A stretch of 64,000 nt of DNA from a virus (Duplodnaviria > Caudoviricetes). The stretch lies in the IMG/VR virus record IMGVR_UViG_3300025936_000016, positions 1 to 64,000 of that record. The stretch is one strand, 5' to 3'. Shown piece after piece: positions 63,601 to 64,000 of this stretch. Position numbers and translations under genes: made by a program. The notes beneath the pieces were generated by a model. The model was given only the letters and a program-made list of their open reading frames with translations. It ran no database searches and was not told the origin of the DNA. How positions within the stretch are numbered: the stretch's first letter is position 1; each line of letters starts with the position of its first letter.

Positions 63601-64000
63601 CAGGAGCAGCGCGACCAGATCGTGTCGAACCTGCACGAGATCGGGGCCATGGACGATGTGCCCCGGGCCTTCCGCGACAGCATGGGCTCATTGGTACGGG
63701 GCGCCACCCGTTCGCCCCACAACGATGCCGCCAAGCGCCTGGAGCGAAGGTTCACTGAGCCCTACACACCTAAGCCCACCCGTCCCGCCAAGGCTGCCTC
63801 AACCCAGGAGGCTTTGGACAGGATCAAGGCCATCCCTGCCGACTCCAGCAACCCGGCCGAGGAGATCGACCGGGCCCTGAGTGGCATGACCAACCGGGAA
63901 ATCGGAAAGGTCGCCGCTGAAGGTGGTTGGTACGAGCGCGGTGGCTACGACGTTCGTGGCGAGACCCGGGCCAGCCTCATTGAGCGGATCCGGGAGAACA
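54604..64000 (+). CDS. giant (>3100 aa, truncated) polyvalent virion-associated protein with ADP-ribosyltransferase-like domains and AKKA-rich linkers
   Basis: Frame +1 appears open from GTG 54604 (RBS AGGAG) to the window end, so it is absent from the ORF track; spot-translated by hand. N-terminal HPRDSHGRF; ART-like domains at ~54930-55375 and ~58450-58980. Confidence 0.85.
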   Translation, partial: MVTVDVDGMLDFWSDDIGAGIAPVTMLSSAFSTEFSALGDAVRGQWKPDLHPRDSHGRFRDKWTLSPKARQIVERILAGFDPVELKSDNHAASYLNQHKKPRSKGQEATLDYFLTREGNEDIQSSLRAGLDTKRPSTQGTRVRDLDGMMAPLDNDLILSRVVGPDAFGLPPERIGEVEEWTGKLIDDLGYAPTNIGTPHPIEGPHIEMRILAPRGTKAIVKGDGSRTVVLDREQPLQLDKIQSDGRGGFYILATVMPRSGSGTAPRALGRELAPGEKSPAIEATPDELARRGLTPEGSPLPQSLPPAGTPAPNEQPVQPNIPPAQGPPAETKPVAEVPLGAGKVVGPDTKVAPREKIAGPESKQVMPEDQARLADEQRRIDKRQAALDAREARMARLQELDNQRLRQENEQLRQQVEGTPPAPEAPAPIRADRETQTSLTRTEAQKDADVVRRYQKLRDEPGFPRNSDEERIQQRAEQVMAGKPTPEPTKRAPRKAAPAKAAPVKAAKAAPAAKKAAPVKKAAPAKAAPAKAVPEAAPRPASSEVVDIALRGETPGSTPARGYIQNARRINRNGGTPSEVADELRRGAEELRTGEPLSEGDMPDRLGHDEQDLRDITRSDASTLERMADQVEAAAATPEPAKAVKAAPVKKVAAPRAARPTSITQLRREATQLKVPGRSTMDRDQLEAALEARRKREGESDEAHAARLAELNAPKRPVKKAAPAKAAATKATPAKKVAPIKAASAAEPGSLVDELNNDPNVDLGRAPGNKLDDAGETIRRYAGEGSDTPESLRERADLLERSADIDRRLAGIINDPGEVQDGASRKDAAAAAFRRRADRLEAGAPPAKKVAPAAKATPEKAMTKEEADAEAYRRQRERVAEIRRETRARDEERKKNRTPEQVQRDEAETARIQELAKRTGARVERENAEADAAIRDITTPWKNMARVEDKDLSDFDRVGIDLVADQLRHKRISKAEAARRLSRPDEPDDSPMNRIAKAITAPRSITLAQKKARARKWGQKHGYEGRAGGWIHDSKGKPVAHGWDALYNQHTDAIEKDTAPSVRATPAKKATGPTFKERVAAARKEGPPPPETPGQEAARERRHQQALRRIENRKKAESADVQAHNEARRIITSDGQVNSSNLRQALVDAHGEAARSRVLESLDTNLNRQRKGTRFYGEKLPATEWRKIARDLGVKGMARSDSPTIKAAILKNFADVDEARKADIQARNASVKDRSRDVIEAQAILDSAKKDPHYHKRGGWGRNSFDTDRGGDLLGEKIAEAQGFDQLPEVVSREEFEQRRGKDIGLVLYRGVNTTGRAEPGMGGEFKGKPASEVHDEFREGRYHMGIGSFGNGTYMTRNSQHAKGYSDLTEGAVARYGLSKDAKIVELPDLIDEHNKYMEGLPETSRLRRVFGDDIGRYAMSRGYDAIHVPRGSQAIGVGPEGAKDQYVILNRGKVIAEAPGAVGTVAEARKAVRAKKAVPRAAGRTGDGDRVDFEGMTPPQKALSKRAAKGIAARVAAKQEPEAPPAKAVKAVPKAMPAAKKAAAPKFLRPLADGTPRKSATNLEVGDIASNSYRRDRPPMRVTKLERNGNNISVTFEDGSVDRAGVNWAYWIGPRGGAKKAAPGPGPAPLPPGQGRAVTKALPIQASTPGENPAVRPGGKIALGRLRQGDTVLVHKNDDGTYRPASRKTGAIPVKVDRVEQVAATGGFRRTTNRMAVIGTDPDGNEITVGYSPASRRGEGFPGHQTFMYVPKSEPVKAAKKAAPAKAVKAAPAKVAKAAVPAAAPEGIPEQLPTSVTALRKLAKDNGIPGHNELGPDSLRDALRAKRENPNVIPVSAELFPPEIRDKITPAGLREIGKSQGVDLEGKTTDELLTDLVRKSMLKGADEKVARATRQEARKAAAAKKLSEKNDKYGPDGPSHLDLDKVTEGMDIDASHRAVLDDAQARLNSGDSPAQVAKELRDRAQGLETHNAYVNGGWGHDVHRAMDPLTPEERAKAKADDKAKYNAEKARAKQLRDVADRLEKTRRPVARKAAPPKATPAKKAATPTPTARVGKASVGPEHQRSLREAVKKAAPSSRRVSERPYNARDRNRLTGAGDEAAQERIRQRANELYDGSRTVAAAWRQALDEHEAANPLPGKKAVPAVKKLPTTKVSFTRGTRVRDENGTIGRVTSLSDDGKHVNVRWDNGVLQSHRGIDSVKVVPPETVRKAPTKAEINGLGNEDEVEALLKERNPTVAELRKLATEVGPHVSTKGTKAQLMKNIASGSEPGMKNRPARLFAEPKVPAKKAVPKATRPMRVGDMVPEGETIPEPKGRQVSFRSVQGGDIATWDDRGTLRRGRVVDDGPRRRYVDWEGGRRERLNSAARTGVTFHKAEAAPTKAAPAKKIAAKKAAPAAGVQEKLRQDEAERLRAEIKKASALGSRGAVKRRKLQDRLQGVENAGHAEDVAPEEMTPDGKQAWADSYRQSIRDGFGDEVARRKADTDAFKAAMADRAGAPAAKVAPSPRRGEVHSLASDLGMDERDAKRIDHLQETTILKGKDIGRPLTRGEMADQIDDMITNPLTGLEEQRKDFIKKHDLDNATEAQARIDRWRQLEGRVRAAASARAVKKAMPAKKAAPGGPGDLAPEELIAIRDLSAKGHFTDTGWVRSTDLKPEQRKHLDGLAEKGYAEKRTTAEGDFFRIDKRGFKARQPTVEGQALEGDVIPAKLEAEHRLPLHKINRGAVIQAYRDPNDPSKITNVPETGVDPSRVVRVQVQRIDRLGEDKQPVKGAQLPWHARIVGHDLDTGRRVDSDVNSIGSHWNWELNPDTDTSPDIEGEVVQPKKAVTAAKKAVPKAAPAAKKTAPAKKAAPRGSTELSDQARIYAQERHDSNVRIQHAVTQTKKPAGSNLGLKPFQNLTNDDIDRLSGPEKQSMTDALVRERDAAPTLAGKREALDQLDRLHGGRWEPPEEATPEAPKATMPERRPELPRAIDTSAKRRLYVQDQEKLTREQFDALPQEQRDQIVSNLHEIGAMDDVPRAFRDSMGSLVRGATRSPHNDAAKRLERRFTEPYTPKPTRPAKAASTQEALDRIKAIPADSSNPAEEIDRALSGMTNREIGKVAAEGGWYERGGYDVRGETRASLIERIREN

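Overview
A 64-kb slice of a large, GC-rich actinobacterial phage genome. Its parts, in order: (1-4.3 kb) an early-gene cassette array in which each short ORF is bracketed by a tRNA-minihelix repeat; (7-15 kb) an accessory block with a SLOG protein, TerD, vWA, TerC/DUF475 and a metallophosphoesterase; (16-25 kb) replication genes (prim-pol/SF3 helicase, SSB-like, Cas4-like nuclease, two ParB-like proteins); (26-31 kb) terminase, a putative endolysin, membrane proteins and a GGQ release-factor homolog; (32-45.5 kb) a tRNA cluster (34 tRNAs counting Arg-CCT at 24.9 kb, including an amber suppressor and Ile-UAU) interleaved with secreted-protein genes; (45.7-48 kb) Ro60/TROVE with four tandem Y RNAs; (49-64 kb) portal, MuF, protease-like genes and a >3100-aa polyvalent protein that runs off the window. 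The most striking unexplained signal is four dispersed arrays (about 50 units, 42-48 bp period). Each unit is a palindromic edge repeat, YCA, a 9-nt spacer, a C-N5-YCA loop and a second 9-nt spacer. This is TIGR-like dual-spacer guide-RNA architecture, but no recognisable Tas/Nop or Cas effector gene lies in the window. The second signal is the tRNA-minihelix cassette array. All calls were made by eye from the sequence and the supplied ORF track; no database searches or folding programs were run.
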